64,000 bases of DNA from Paragordius varius (Eukaryota > Animalia > Nematomorpha). The stretch lies in contig OZ176050.1 in NCBI GenBank assembly GCA_964247055.1, forward strand, positions 9,114,001 through 9,178,000. The letters run 5' to 3'. The notes beneath the pieces were generated by a model that worked only from the letters and a program-made list of their open reading frames with translations, was not told where the DNA came from and ran no database searches. The position numbers were made by a program, and so were the translations under genes. This document shows, piece by piece, positions 12,532 through 25,000 of this stretch; positions within the stretch are counted from its first letter, which is position 1; each line of letters starts with the position of its first letter.

Positions 12532-13680
12532 ACTAGCGTAAATCTCCTGCTGCTACGCAGCCCGAGGAAGTCCTTCGGACTTCTAAGGGGGGGGGGGGGG
12601 GGAGTTTTGAAGTTTGGATTTGAATGGGTCTACCGGTTTTCCGGTACCAGATCACAAAGTTACACGAGGAATCAGTTTTTAGCCGGTAGCTCCTTACCCA
12701 GCAGCTATCATCAAAGAAACGCCTGACTAAAGTTTTTGCCTTTTAACAGGGAATACGTGGAATCCATATGAATTTTTACGGTCTCATACCTAGGACGAAA
12801 TATAGATTTAAAAAATTATTTTTTTGTGGACTTTGTTTTTTGAAAAAATGGCATTTTACGGGGGTAGCGGGTAAAAAGAGGGCCTAAATCAAAAATGTGA
12901 GTCGACTATGTTCAGCGCGATCAAAAATAAGTAAACAAAAATCATATTTAAAATTGAATGGTCCAACACGTTCTCCAAAAAATTGACTTAACCCATTTTT
13001 CACACGGGGTAGGCCCGAACTGGGGACCTAATTCCAAAAAAGGGCGAACCTATTGTCGGGGCTTTCATTAATGATTATATTTTTTCGATATTTGGATTTG
13101 AATGGGTTCACCGGTTTTCCGGAAACAGATCACAAAGTTACACGAGGAATCAGTTTTTAGCGGGTAGCTCCTTACCCAGCAGCTATCATCAAAAAAACGC
13201 CTGACTAAAATTTTTGCCTTTTAACAGGGAATACGTGGAATCCATATTGAATTTTTACGGTCTCATACCTTGGTCGAAAAATGGATTTAAAAAATTATTT
13301 TTGTGGACTTTGTTTTTTTAAAGAAATGGCATTTTACGGGGGGAGCGGGTAAAAAGAGGGCCCAAATCAAAAAAGGGACTCGACTATGTTCGGCGCAATC
13401 GAAAATAAGAAAAAATCATATTTGAAATTGAATGGTCCAACACGTTCTCCACAAAATTGTCTCAAAGACACGATTTTTGTGGACTTCTTTTTTCAAAAAA
13501 AAACCGTTTTTCACACGGGGTGGGCCCGAACTGGGGGCCTATTTCAAAAAAAGGGCGAAGCTATTGTCGGGGCATTCATTAATGATTACATTTTTTAAAA
13601 GTTTGGATTTGAATGGGTCTACCGGTTTTCCTGTACCAGATCACAAACCCAGCATTTTCCATTTTTATAAATATATAGAT
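12532..13680 (+). mobile_element. Non-autonomous Helentron/DINE-like element with about 480-510 bp tandem units
   Basis: Begins T|ACTAG and has a hairpin GAAGTCC-TTC-GGACTTC (12567-12583) and a G16 run. Unit starts are at about 12611, 13091 and 13602. It ends ...ATAAATATATAGAT|T. The class assignment is by structural analogy only. Confidence 0.55.
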
Positions 13681-13739
13681 TACCATAAATAATGTATTGA
13701 TATCCATATATCTTTTAACATCCTATACATATGATAGAT

Positions 13740-14212
13740 ACTCCTTACTCAGCATCTATCATCAAAGAAACGCTTCATAAATTTTTGCCTTTTAACAGGC
13801 AATACGAAAAATCCTTCTCGAATTTTTACCGTCTCATACCTTGGTCGAAAAATGGATTTAAAAAATTATTTTTGTGGACTTTGTTTTTTGAAAAAAATGG
13901 CATTTTACGGGGGGAGCGGGTAAAAAGAGGGCCTAAATCAAAAAAGTGACTCGACTATGTTCGGCGCAATCGAAAATAAGTAAACAAAAATCATATTTGA
14001 AATTGAATGGTCCAACACGTTCTCCGGAAAATTGTCTCAAAGACACGATTTTTGTGGACTTGTGTTTTCAAAAAAAACCCGTTTTTCACACGGGGTGGGC
14101 CCGAACTGGGGGCCTATTTCAAAAAAAGGGCGAAGCTATTGTCGGGGCATCCATTAATGATTATATTTTTTCGAAGTTTGGATTTGTTTTCAATTTTTAT
14201 AAATATATAGAT
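13740..14212 (+). repeat. Further partial unit of the same element
   Basis: Near-identical to 13170-13610 and ends with the same ATAAATATATAGAT terminus. Confidence 0.85.
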
Positions 14213-15639
14213 TATTTGATCACTACTATTGGAGTGATACACAATGCAATAATAATTGTGGAAATTCTAAGCAGTTCAACTTCAAGTAGTGGTTTAATAT
14301 GGAAAATAATAATTTCTCCAGCACGAGAAAGAAAACCCTTTGCAAAAGACAACAATATACTTCCCAAAGTCTGGTAAAATTTTCCGTTATTTTGTGGAGA
14401 AATTTTGTAATTTTATAAACACTTTACCTTTTTCGCAGTTTTCCCGAGATATTAAATTTGAAAAAATATTTGTGATTTTGGGCAATATTTGAAAGCTGCA
14501 TTGTATAGCTTTGGGCCTTTAATAAAAAATATTCTGAATTATCCTAATTTGAACTTATCACAGAATTTCTGGATTTAATGTGGAATCGCTAAAAAATCTG
14601 GCATATAAAATATTTATAATATTTATTTTAGATTTTTTGCTGAATTAATATTGATTTGGCAGGAAATTTTCATCAATTATTGTCTCAAACATGCTGTTTG
14701 GTTTAATGGAATTTAGGAGCTATTTATTTAGAGCATCGGTAAAGAAATTGCGGCCCTCAACGGAATATGTTTGTCCCGAGAGATGATCTTCAATAATTCT
14801 TTTCCTCAGATACGAGAGATACTTTTATCTTTTAATGTCAAAAAATAAAACCAAATAAATTTGATACAGAAAAAGCGTATGTTCACAACGCAAATAAACC
14901 ATTACGCTGGTAGCACAATCCATCAGCTTTATCAAATAACCTTTTGCCTAACTTATGTCCAATTTACGCATTAGTGTAACGTTGGTCCATGCTTTTTTAT
15001 TTGAGTGACTCAAATTCTGTGAAATTATATTTATGCTTCCAACATTGCATTTAGACAGGACAACATCGACGTTTTTGGTTATTTTAAAATTTTTAAAAAT
15101 TAATAACATGTATTGAGCCAATTCGATACAGATTTTTAAAACAGAAAAGTTGTTTAACGCGCACTTCCGTTCCATATGAAACCATTTTTTTAAGCTTTTG
15201 TTTCATGGATGCTTGTTTAAATTATTGCTGATTTTGATTGGTTTTATTTACATTTTCCTCATCTATGAGTTTTATAAGATACCTTTTCGAGATAGCGCTG
15301 AAAAAACACAAGATCTTAATATACAGCTTGTTCTATATAATCTTTTTTTAAAGTAAAAGAAATAATGAAAAATTATTTAAAAGAGTTGTTAAGCCATTGC
15401 TTAACAAAATGAAGCGATAGTTATGTTATTAAATAAAGGTTCAATCTTTTTAAGCTAGCAAATTTAAAATAATGAAATATTGGTATAAATTTGGAATTTA
15501 GTTAGCAGCCATCTGAATAAAAAAATTACAATATTTATTAAAAGCTATTATTGTGAATATGATGCATTATAACGATTTCTATAAAAGATATTTATTATTA
15601 TTGCTATAAATATTTGAGCATAACAATTAATAATTTGCG

Positions 15640-18600
15640 TTATGCTTTTACTCGTCTTATCTTTTCTCGTTTCCCATGATTAAAATGTTTTTTGGAAGGA
15701 TTAATGTCTTTAATAGTAAGTCCGGTGTTTAAAGCTAAAGTACTGACAGATGAATACATTGACCGTGACTCAATCAATGATGTTTTTTTCGGACAGAAAA
15801 ATTCAGAATCCAATTGCAATTCTGCTTTATCGCCTGTTACCTATATTGTATTGAGAAAATAATTTTTTTTATTGAATATTGAGTACATCAATTTAACATT
15901 AATTTGATACATGCAAATATAATGCTTATAAAATATAATAATTGTATAAATAATACCAATGCATTGCGTGGCTTCGTAATATTTTGATGTTCAACCATTG
16001 GTGGTTTAAACTCATTTTTAACGTTTGAAGGTGGATGACAATATAATAGATTTCCTTTAAATAACAAAATATAAAGATTAGAGGTAATTTTCTCCGTTTT
16101 AAACACACAAAAATTTAATGATTAAAATTTTTTTCATTTTTTCGCATTTTACATGTTAGTGATTACAAAAATATAATCCACGCAATTTTTGGTAAAAAGC
16201 ATTGCTATTTGGATGCGGTCAAATAATAATAATTTATGGTGACAAAATTTTATATTCTATACATTCTTTTGAAATGATCTTTAAAATATTTTCTAATACA
16301 GTAAGCGATGGCATCGAAAAAGGTAGGTTTAGTAGTACCAAAATAACAGAAAATAGGTCGCCAGTGTTTACCATATCAAAATCGGATTCAAATTAGAAAA
16401 AACATAATATATCTACAAATACCAGATAGATAATCACATAAAATAGGTCTGGCGGAACGATGATAATCAGGTTGGCCCAGTGTAGAGGCGTATCCACGTG
16501 ATATACTATAAGTTGTAAGCAAATATTCGGCAGCTTCCTGACATAAATTTCGGTCATCCAATTTGTCCAAAAGTTCAGGTTTATTTGGTAAGGGTAAATC
16601 TTTTATAAAAAATATCAAAACAAAAATAGAAAATTTATAATGAGAAAAAATATACACAATAATTTGTAGTCGAAAAGAAAAAATACCATAGCTACAAAAT
16701 TGAATGGTATTTATGTATAATTACAATATAGACACGAAAATTCAAATAATTATGGACCTAATTGTATGTTAAATCGTATGTATTTAACGTCAAAAAGTCC
16801 CAGAAAAATCTAATTAAAACAAATTAAAATAAAAAAAATTAATTAAATTTGAAAATCACAATTTTACTGTAGTAAGGGAGAATCGTTTTCAAACCAATTT
16901 TATAAACGACCGACATTATGGGATTTATGGCATCAGTGATTGTATGGATTGGTAAAACACCATTCAAAATCAATTCAGTTTTGGAACCATCGATTAAAAA
17001 GTTTGGCATTACGAGTCCGGGGCAATCGCAAAGACAAACCCCAATACTCGGGATCAAATGTGTTTGAAAATGTTTGGTTTTGCCTAAAAAAATCAAACGT
17101 TGCCCCATTAATCAATTGTAAACGGATATCTTTTTTGAATAAACTTACATAAAAGTTATATAACCGTCTATCCGCATTTTAAAAAATTAAAATTTGGATA
17201 ATTTTACAACAAATTTAATTTTTAACTCAATTCGTCAACTTAATTACAAAAATTTTGAGGGTCATAACAACAACCTTATATATACATTTATGGTACCTGG
17301 TGTGGCCGAAACCGCTACCTTCTTAGCTCCCAATATGCCATTTATGGTTGAACTTTTTCCCACATTGGGATATCCAACAAAACCCACATTTAGATCCGGA
17401 ACATCGCACAAAGATGCTATGGAATTTACATTATCCCCGCAATTAGAATTATCCGTATAATCTTTCTCATGCGGCACATTATCAATAAAATATTCATCCT
17501 TGTATAATTTAAGGCATGAAAATAAATCTAAAAGGTCAGTTGCCAAGAACATATCTAAATAACATAAACAAAGAATTGGTAATACTTAGAAATTAACAAA
17601 ACATTTTTTGGTTTATAATTTACCATTTTCCTAACTTCAAACAAACCTATGTGAAATAAAACACACACCTTATTAGTAGTAAAAAACAGCACAAAAAATA
17701 AATACCATATTAATTGAAAAATAATTTTCGCAAATGTAATTCAGTGAGAAAAAAATGAAAAATAGCGATATTTACTAATTTTATATAATTGGTAGTGCTT
17801 TAAAATAAAATATACTATAAAAAAGGGAGTAAATAATTAATGATGTTTATACAAGGAAAATTATTAAAATCAACATGCTATTATTTTTGCGCTTAAGTAA
17901 AAAAATGATAAAATGCAGCGCTTAATATTCTAAAAAATAACTGGCTAATAGTGATAAAAAGCGACAAAGAGCGTAGTATTTTATATATAATCGGGTAAGA
18001 CACATAGGTCAATACCACTGAAATATTTAAACTTTTTTTATTGGTAAAGTTATGTAATTTAAGTACCATCATTTATTTAACCATTGATTAAATTTATTAA
18101 AAAAGTTAATATTGTTAAAAAAAATGAAACATAGGTTTTTGTAAAAAAATTAATTATACCGTCTGATTCTAAGGGTGATATAACATGTGCTGAATAAAAA
18201 ATTGCTATAGTTTTTGTTTGACCCTCTTTCCAAAGTTTTTGCGATAATTCTTTTCTCATATTTTTATCAGCATATTCTTTTTGGAAGTCGGAAAAGTTAA
18301 TAAGTTTAGTGTCATTTCTACTATTAAAGTATGTCCTCCAGATTAATTTCAAATTTTTAGATAAAAATTCGGATTTATTTATAAGCAAAATATTAATTTT
18401 GTTGAACTGTGATAAAGTAATTTCATTTTGAATTTGACTAAACACAGGTTTTTCTCCAACATATGATTCAAGGTCTAAACTACGGTAAAACAGAATATTT
18501 CTGGCATCAACAATTTGAATAACAACATCCGATCTCTCGACAACTCGCCAAAGTTGTCGCCAAATTTCAAGATTTTTTTCATAAGGTGGCACAGTAAATT

Positions 18601-19050
18601 TTTGGTCAGTTTCTTTATTATCACTTTCTTCCAATTTAGCCAAATCCCTTCGCCATTCCGTGAATGTTTGCTCTTCGATTCTTTCAAAGGTAGCTTTATC
18701 CATACCTTTTGCCCATTTTGGACTATATATAATTACAATTATAATTTTACCGATGGGGAATACAAACGGACACTATGTTGTTAAAAATTGTGGGTTGCCT
18801 TATAATATCTTTTGCAAAATGCAAATCATTTGTCTCTAAGAACTAAAGTAAATGAGCATAAAACTTGTTTTTCATCAACGTCAACTTTTTTCATTAATTT
18901 CTCCAGATCATTTTCCTCCGTTACAGATGTCAAATTATAAGATTTTTTAGTAGGTTTGATATATTCATCCGCGTTGATCCATGTAAACTGTTTAGATTTC
19001 CGTTCTTTTAGATTTTTAATTAGCGATTGACCCACGCTTTTTTTCTTCAT
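15640..19050 (-). CDS. LSG1: Large-subunit GTPase 1 homolog; exons 19050-18865, 18842-18751, 18722-18160, 17554-17297, 17083-16868, 16599-16423, 16054-15957, 15840-15640; 596 aa
   Basis: CIPHRPKW, EWRR, PYEKNLEIWRQLWRVVERSD, IVDARN, G1 motif GYPNVGKSSTIN, SATPGKTKHFQT, DCPGL, LLYCHPP and a basic tail KKHFNHGKREKIRR. Exon lengths sum to 1791 nt in frame. Confidence 0.95.
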
Positions 19051-19077
19051 TTCATCCGGTTTAATGATTCTATTGAT
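19051..19077. promoter_or_regulatory. 27-nt divergent spacer between the LSG1 and STE24 start codons
   Basis: LSG1 ATG is at 19050 (-) and STE24 ATG at 19078 (+); an alternative in-frame STE24 ATG lies at 19105. The promoter role is inferred. Confidence 0.55.
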
Positions 19078-22000
19078 ATGACTATTTTATCTAAACTGAT
19101 CAACATGGAATTTTTTAATTTATCGCAATATTGGGATAGAAATTATATTTTAGGAGGAGTCATAGTTTTTAGTTGGAGTTTATATCTTTGGGATCTTTAT
19201 CTTGACAAAAGACAGGTTTAGTAATTTTGTAATTATCAGAGAAATGTATATAAGAACTGCCGAAGCATACCTGAAGAATTAAAATCTGTGATAACTAATG
19301 ATACTTTTGAAAAATCAAGACGTTATAAATTGGATTCATCTAGATTCGGTCTTATACATACATTTTTTGACCAGATTTTGGATACAGTAATATATATTAT
19401 ATGTTTAGTCATTTTTAGCTTTCGCAGTGTATCCTTTCATTTGGAATGTTAGTAAAAATATTATTAAAGGAACACGATTAGACAGTGAAGTTTGTGATTA
19501 TTAATTGTAGATTCCACAATCACTTGTATTTACTGGTATATTTTGTGTTGTGTCGTACCTCATAAGTTTGCCATGGAGTTATTACGCCAATTTTGTAATA
19601 GAGCAGCGTCATGGTTTCAACAAAATGGTAAGTATATTTTGCTTAAAAAATTTTATTCAATGTTTTTCGCAAAATATTTTAAATATTAAGCATCTTTTAT
19701 AATTTTTATGTTACATCATCCCAAATGTGCTTAATTGCTGTGGCAGAAAGAAAATATACAGGAAAAAACAACAATCAAATTTGTGGTGGTCAGAATCCAT
19801 AAAACCTTTAATTAAAATTAAACACAATAACTATAAAAGATGGAAACAAACAAAAGATAAAAGAGACTTGGAATCATATATCAAATCAAATAAAAATTTA
19901 CAACAAGCCATCAATATTTCAGCCAACAAAAAAGCTTTGGATTTAGCTAAAAAATTAGAACAAGACACGAAAAATCTTAAGATTTTTCGAACAATAAATT
20001 CAGTTAACAATAATAAAAAGGACATTAAACAAATTTCCTATATTAAAGATAAAGATCAACAACTAGTAACTGAGTGGAGTGACATAAGCAATGTCTGGAC
20101 AACGTATTACAAAGAACAATTTGCACAAAAACATGATTTTGAAACAATAAACCAACCACCAGCAATTGGTCCTCGACCATTGATAACAACAGACGATGTA
20201 AGAGAAGCCTTGGCCAAGATGAAAAATAACAAAGCTACAGGTCCATCTGAACTCAGCTGTGACATGATCAAAGCTTTACCACAATGCATTATACATTTAA
20301 CTAACATATTCAATCTAATCTTATCAACAAATCGCATCCCTAATGATTGGTCAAAAAGCACCATCATACCCATTTATAAAAACAAAGGAGACATACTCGT
20401 TTGCTCCTCCTACAGACCACTAAAGTTATTGGAACACCCGTTAAAAATTTTTGAATCCATTATTGAATCAAAACTAAGATCAATCGTTAGTATACAGGAA
20501 TCACAATATGCCTATAAACCAAACAGTAGCATAATTGATGCAATCTTCATTTTGAGAAGATTGCAAGAGAACTATTTAGCGAAAAATAAAAAACTATATC
20601 ATGTTTTTATTGATTTACAAAGGGCCTTTGATTGTATCCCCAGGAAGTTGATCACATCCACACTACGAGCCAATAATGTAGATGATTGGATAATTAAATC
20701 AATAGAAATGATGTACTACAAAACAACAAACTGCGTCAGATTAACACTAGGTAACACAGCTTTTGTTCCAAACGAATCTGGTCTTCATCAAGGCTCCATC
20801 TTAAGCCCTCTACTCTTCATTTTAATAATGGATTACCTAACAAAAGATATAAAACAAGGCCCACCATGGGAACTTATCTATGCGGACGACATTGTCCTCA
20901 CCGCAACATCAATGGAAGCACTAAATCAAAAGTACAACACATGGAAATCACACTTAGAAAAGGGTGGAATGAATATAAATATAAGCAAAACAAAGGTAAT
21001 GATAACGGGTGAAACTGTATATGAACGACCTAAGTTTCCATGTGGAGTATGTGATTTAGATGTTAAACTCAATTCAATCCTATGTACATCATGCAATAAG
21101 TGGGTACACAAAAAGTGCTCGCTTATAAAAGGGAAACTAATCCATAATGACAAATTTATATGTGAATCATGTAAAAATAAAACAATAAATCACTCATCCA
21201 CTTCCCTAAATTACGTTTATATGGCAGACACCAAAATCGAATTGGTGAATAATTTCAAATACTTGGGTGATGTCATACATTGCCTAGGTGGAATAAACCA
21301 ATCAGTTAAATATAGATCCCAACAGGCTTGGGTAAAATATCATCAACTTAAATTTGTCCTCAAAAATAAACACATATCAGCAAAAAACAAAGGTTTGATT
21401 TACAAAGCCGGCATACGTCCCATACTCCTGTATGGTTGCGAAACGTGGCCGATGACAGATTCAATCGAGAAAAAACTAATGAACTTAGAAAAACGGATAC
21501 TAAATTTATTCCAACCCAATAAGTCAAATTCAAATTTACATCAACTCTACCAAATTGAACCCTTAAATGTCATGCTCAGAAAAAATAGGCTCAGATATTT
21601 CGGACACATCAAACGTGCTCCAGAACAATGGACAAATAAAATTTTATCCCTACATCCCGAAGGTAACAATCGCAGGGGCAGACCAACATTCAACTGGGAA
21701 AAAACAATAAATAATGATTTAAGTGTTGCCAACATTGATGATAACGCCTGGCAGGATCGCAAATATTACAGACAGCTTCTATACGGATACAATGGCTAGC
21801 CATTACACAAAGACGATACGACCTTATCCGTACCCTCCGCTTACGGTATTTTATTTCGTTAAACATCGATATCCGTTTTTAACCTTACAAACAGGTGAAC
21901 TGTGGTAAAGTTTCTGTTAGATTACATCTATCAAATATTATATATTTTAGCATATAACGATTTCAACAATTAAAGTTATTTAATCGGATTGTGTATGAAA

Positions 22001-25000
22001 TAACTAAATATTTTCTGTGTTTGATATCTAGAGCAAAAAATATTGAGTTTTATCATGTGATAAAATATATTATTTTTTAATGCTAAAATATGACTTAAAC
22101 GAAAAATTGTTTTATAATTTTATTATTTGACACCACTTTGTTTCATTGAATGACAAATTTGAACTTTCCAACGATGTTTCTTATTCACTATCCGTAAGGA
22201 TAGTAAAATTTAAAACTTCACATAAAATTTTATTGTGACTATCAGTATAAGCCATCGAACATCCAAACGTGCTGAACAATAAAGCTGTGTTTATTTAAAG
22301 TTTTATTAGACAACTAAATTGTTTATTTCGATTTCTCCCCCATTTGTTTTCCCTAACGTCGTGGCTCATTAACTTTGGACTGAAATTCATTGGAAAAAAC
22401 ATAGCTTTTCTATATAAATATCTTTTGACCAGAGTTTTTAATTCGGGTACTCATTGAAACTTGATTAAATTAAAACGAAAATACTAAAACAGAATGAGAA
22501 GGAGCTGCATCAACTGACTTTATGAATAATTGATGCGACTTATGGATGCAAAACTCTAAAGATGTCTGCTTAAAATAAAATAATATTTTATTGCTTAGTA
22601 TATATATATATATATATAGCATATGTTGTTTGTTAAATTCCTTGAAAGCTCAAAGTACTAAAAATGCCCCCTGTTATTTTATCATTTTTATTTTCAACAA
22701 GGAAGAAAATTTGTAAACAATACTTTTAATTAATTGTATCCAATTTGTTGTCTAAGATATGGTAAATTTGTCTGCATGTTTGATTTATTCAAAGCATAGA
22801 TGACATCTTGTACTATAGTTTAAAAAGTTTTATAAAATTTGAGAGTTCATTATGATATAAAAAACCGTTTTATTCACAATACTATTTAAATATCTATCAT
22901 GCCAGAATATATCTACATCATTAAAACAAATTTAAATAAAAGCTGAAATATCGTCATATAATTTTTTATAGATAGTGAGATAAAAAGGAATGAATCATTT
23001 AATCATTATATTATACGCTACTATATATTACACAATTGGTTTTTTACTATACTGTTTTAAATAAAAAAAATTTGATTAGAATTTTTATAATATGTAACAT
23101 ATTATGGTTATGACGAGTATAACAATTTGCATTTTAATATTAATTTACATATGTTCTTGTATACTAGACTGTCCCATTTTTTATCAAAGATCAACTTAAG
23201 GCATGGGCGCTCAAACTTGTATTGGGACCTCCAATTTTAGCCGGAATCCTTTATGTCATAAAAATTGGTGGGAGGCATTTTTACATTTATGCCTGGCTTT
23301 TTACATTTCTTCTCTCATCAGTAATTATTATATAATTATAATTTTTAATCTCTAACCTAAATTTATTTTAAGAATTAAATTCCTTTTTGAACAACCGAGG
23401 TTATCGATATCCATACTATTTCTTAATATTATCGCAAACAAAATATACCAGATTTATTATTCAAAATTTTTATTTTGAATTTATTTTACTAGAGTATATA
23501 CTATACCCTAGTTATTTAACATTAATGGCGATAAATTTGCAGTAATAAAACAAAAAACTTTTTAAGCTGTTTTGAAAATAAGATTTTTTACTAACTCTTG
23601 TGAAACTTTTATATATTTAATACAACACTAGTCATAACATATTATTACCAAATTTTAAAATACATATTCTATAGTTTATCATAACCATTTACCCTACCGT
23701 AATTGCTCCAATATTTGATAAATATACTCCTTTGGATAGCGGATATTTGCGTAACGAAATCGAAAAATTAGCGTCAAAATTAAATTTTCCTCTCACTCAA
23801 ATTTACGTTGTGGAAGGTTTTTTTAACCATATAAAATTATTTTTTTCATTTAGTTCCTGGCGAAAGGTGTATAAATATATATTAATTATTTGATTTTATC
23901 CCATTAAGCTTCATATTCTTCACCATTCACTCAACATATAAAAAATTTTTTTTCATTAATTTATAATCAATCACGCGTTCAAATATTTGAAAACTTACCG
24001 TGTTTTATGGTTTATTAGATGAGGTTTTTTAATACAAACAACAAAAATTAACTTTTTTATTTTTATATAACCAAAATTTTATGTTGTACAAGTAGAGATA
24101 AAAAGGGTCAATTCACAAAAAAAATGGGCAAGATATATGTTATATTTATATAGACATTTCGCCTTTGTTTTAATTTATAGTATATGCCTTAGTAAAAAGT
24201 TATTTTATATTAATTATTTGTGATAAAAGAATTTTAAACATTTTGTTCATATTTCTTTCTAAACGCTTATAGGTTCTAAACGAAGCTCCCATAGTAATGC
24301 CTATTTTTTTGGTTTTTTCAAACAAAAACGGATAGTTATTTTTGATACCATTTTGCCTGGCTATAAAAAATCATCGACAAAGGATAAAGACACTGGCAAA
24401 ATCGAACATGTCAGTGAGGGTGATGATAAATACGCCTCTTTACTCTCTGAAGAAAATAAATTGGATAATGATAAAGTATTCGCAAATTATATAAATACTT
24501 TCATGGAAAATGTTAAATGTTTTTTATTAAGATATTATCGAGAGAGTGGCAGTTATATTTAGGGTTTGATTTTCAATCGATTAAAAATAATAAGCCACCT
24601 GTAGAATTAAATTATTTTAAAGCGATGCGAGTTTGAATAAATTTATAACCGTTTACAATCTAGTGTCAAATTTCTATAATCATATATATATATATATATA
24701 TATATTGAGGTGTAAAGTTATTTTATTATGTTACCTTGATGTACAGCGGTTATTTAATTTTGAATAAATAAGTCCAAAAAATGATAGAATATGTCCATTA
24801 TACTTTTATTGTGCATCTCTTGAGAATTAAATACATTTTTTACGTTAATTTTTTATTCATCACTCACTTAATCACTGAAAATTATAACGCTCTTAATGTA
24901 TATCATTGGTTATAATTCTAATAATTTTTTATGTTTTTATTTAAAGAAGGAAACCAAAACAGACAAAACAATGACCAACGAAGAAATATTGGCCGTAATT

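Noticed and set aside
12611-14212. Long near-identical direct repeats as a CRISPR array, and the ORFs annotated within them
   Set aside because: The units are about 500 bp with no unique spacers, in a eukaryotic context. The ORFs are chance reads through satellite sequence.
18077-18159. C-terminal extension of the 208-aa ORF (IINFFTKTYVSFFL...)
   Set aside because: The phase-1 donor at 18159 joins correctly to the next LSG1 exon, so the extension is intron.
19831-21908. Several short ORFs overlapping the RT ORF
   Set aside because: These are antisense or alternative-frame shadows of the LINE coding sequence.
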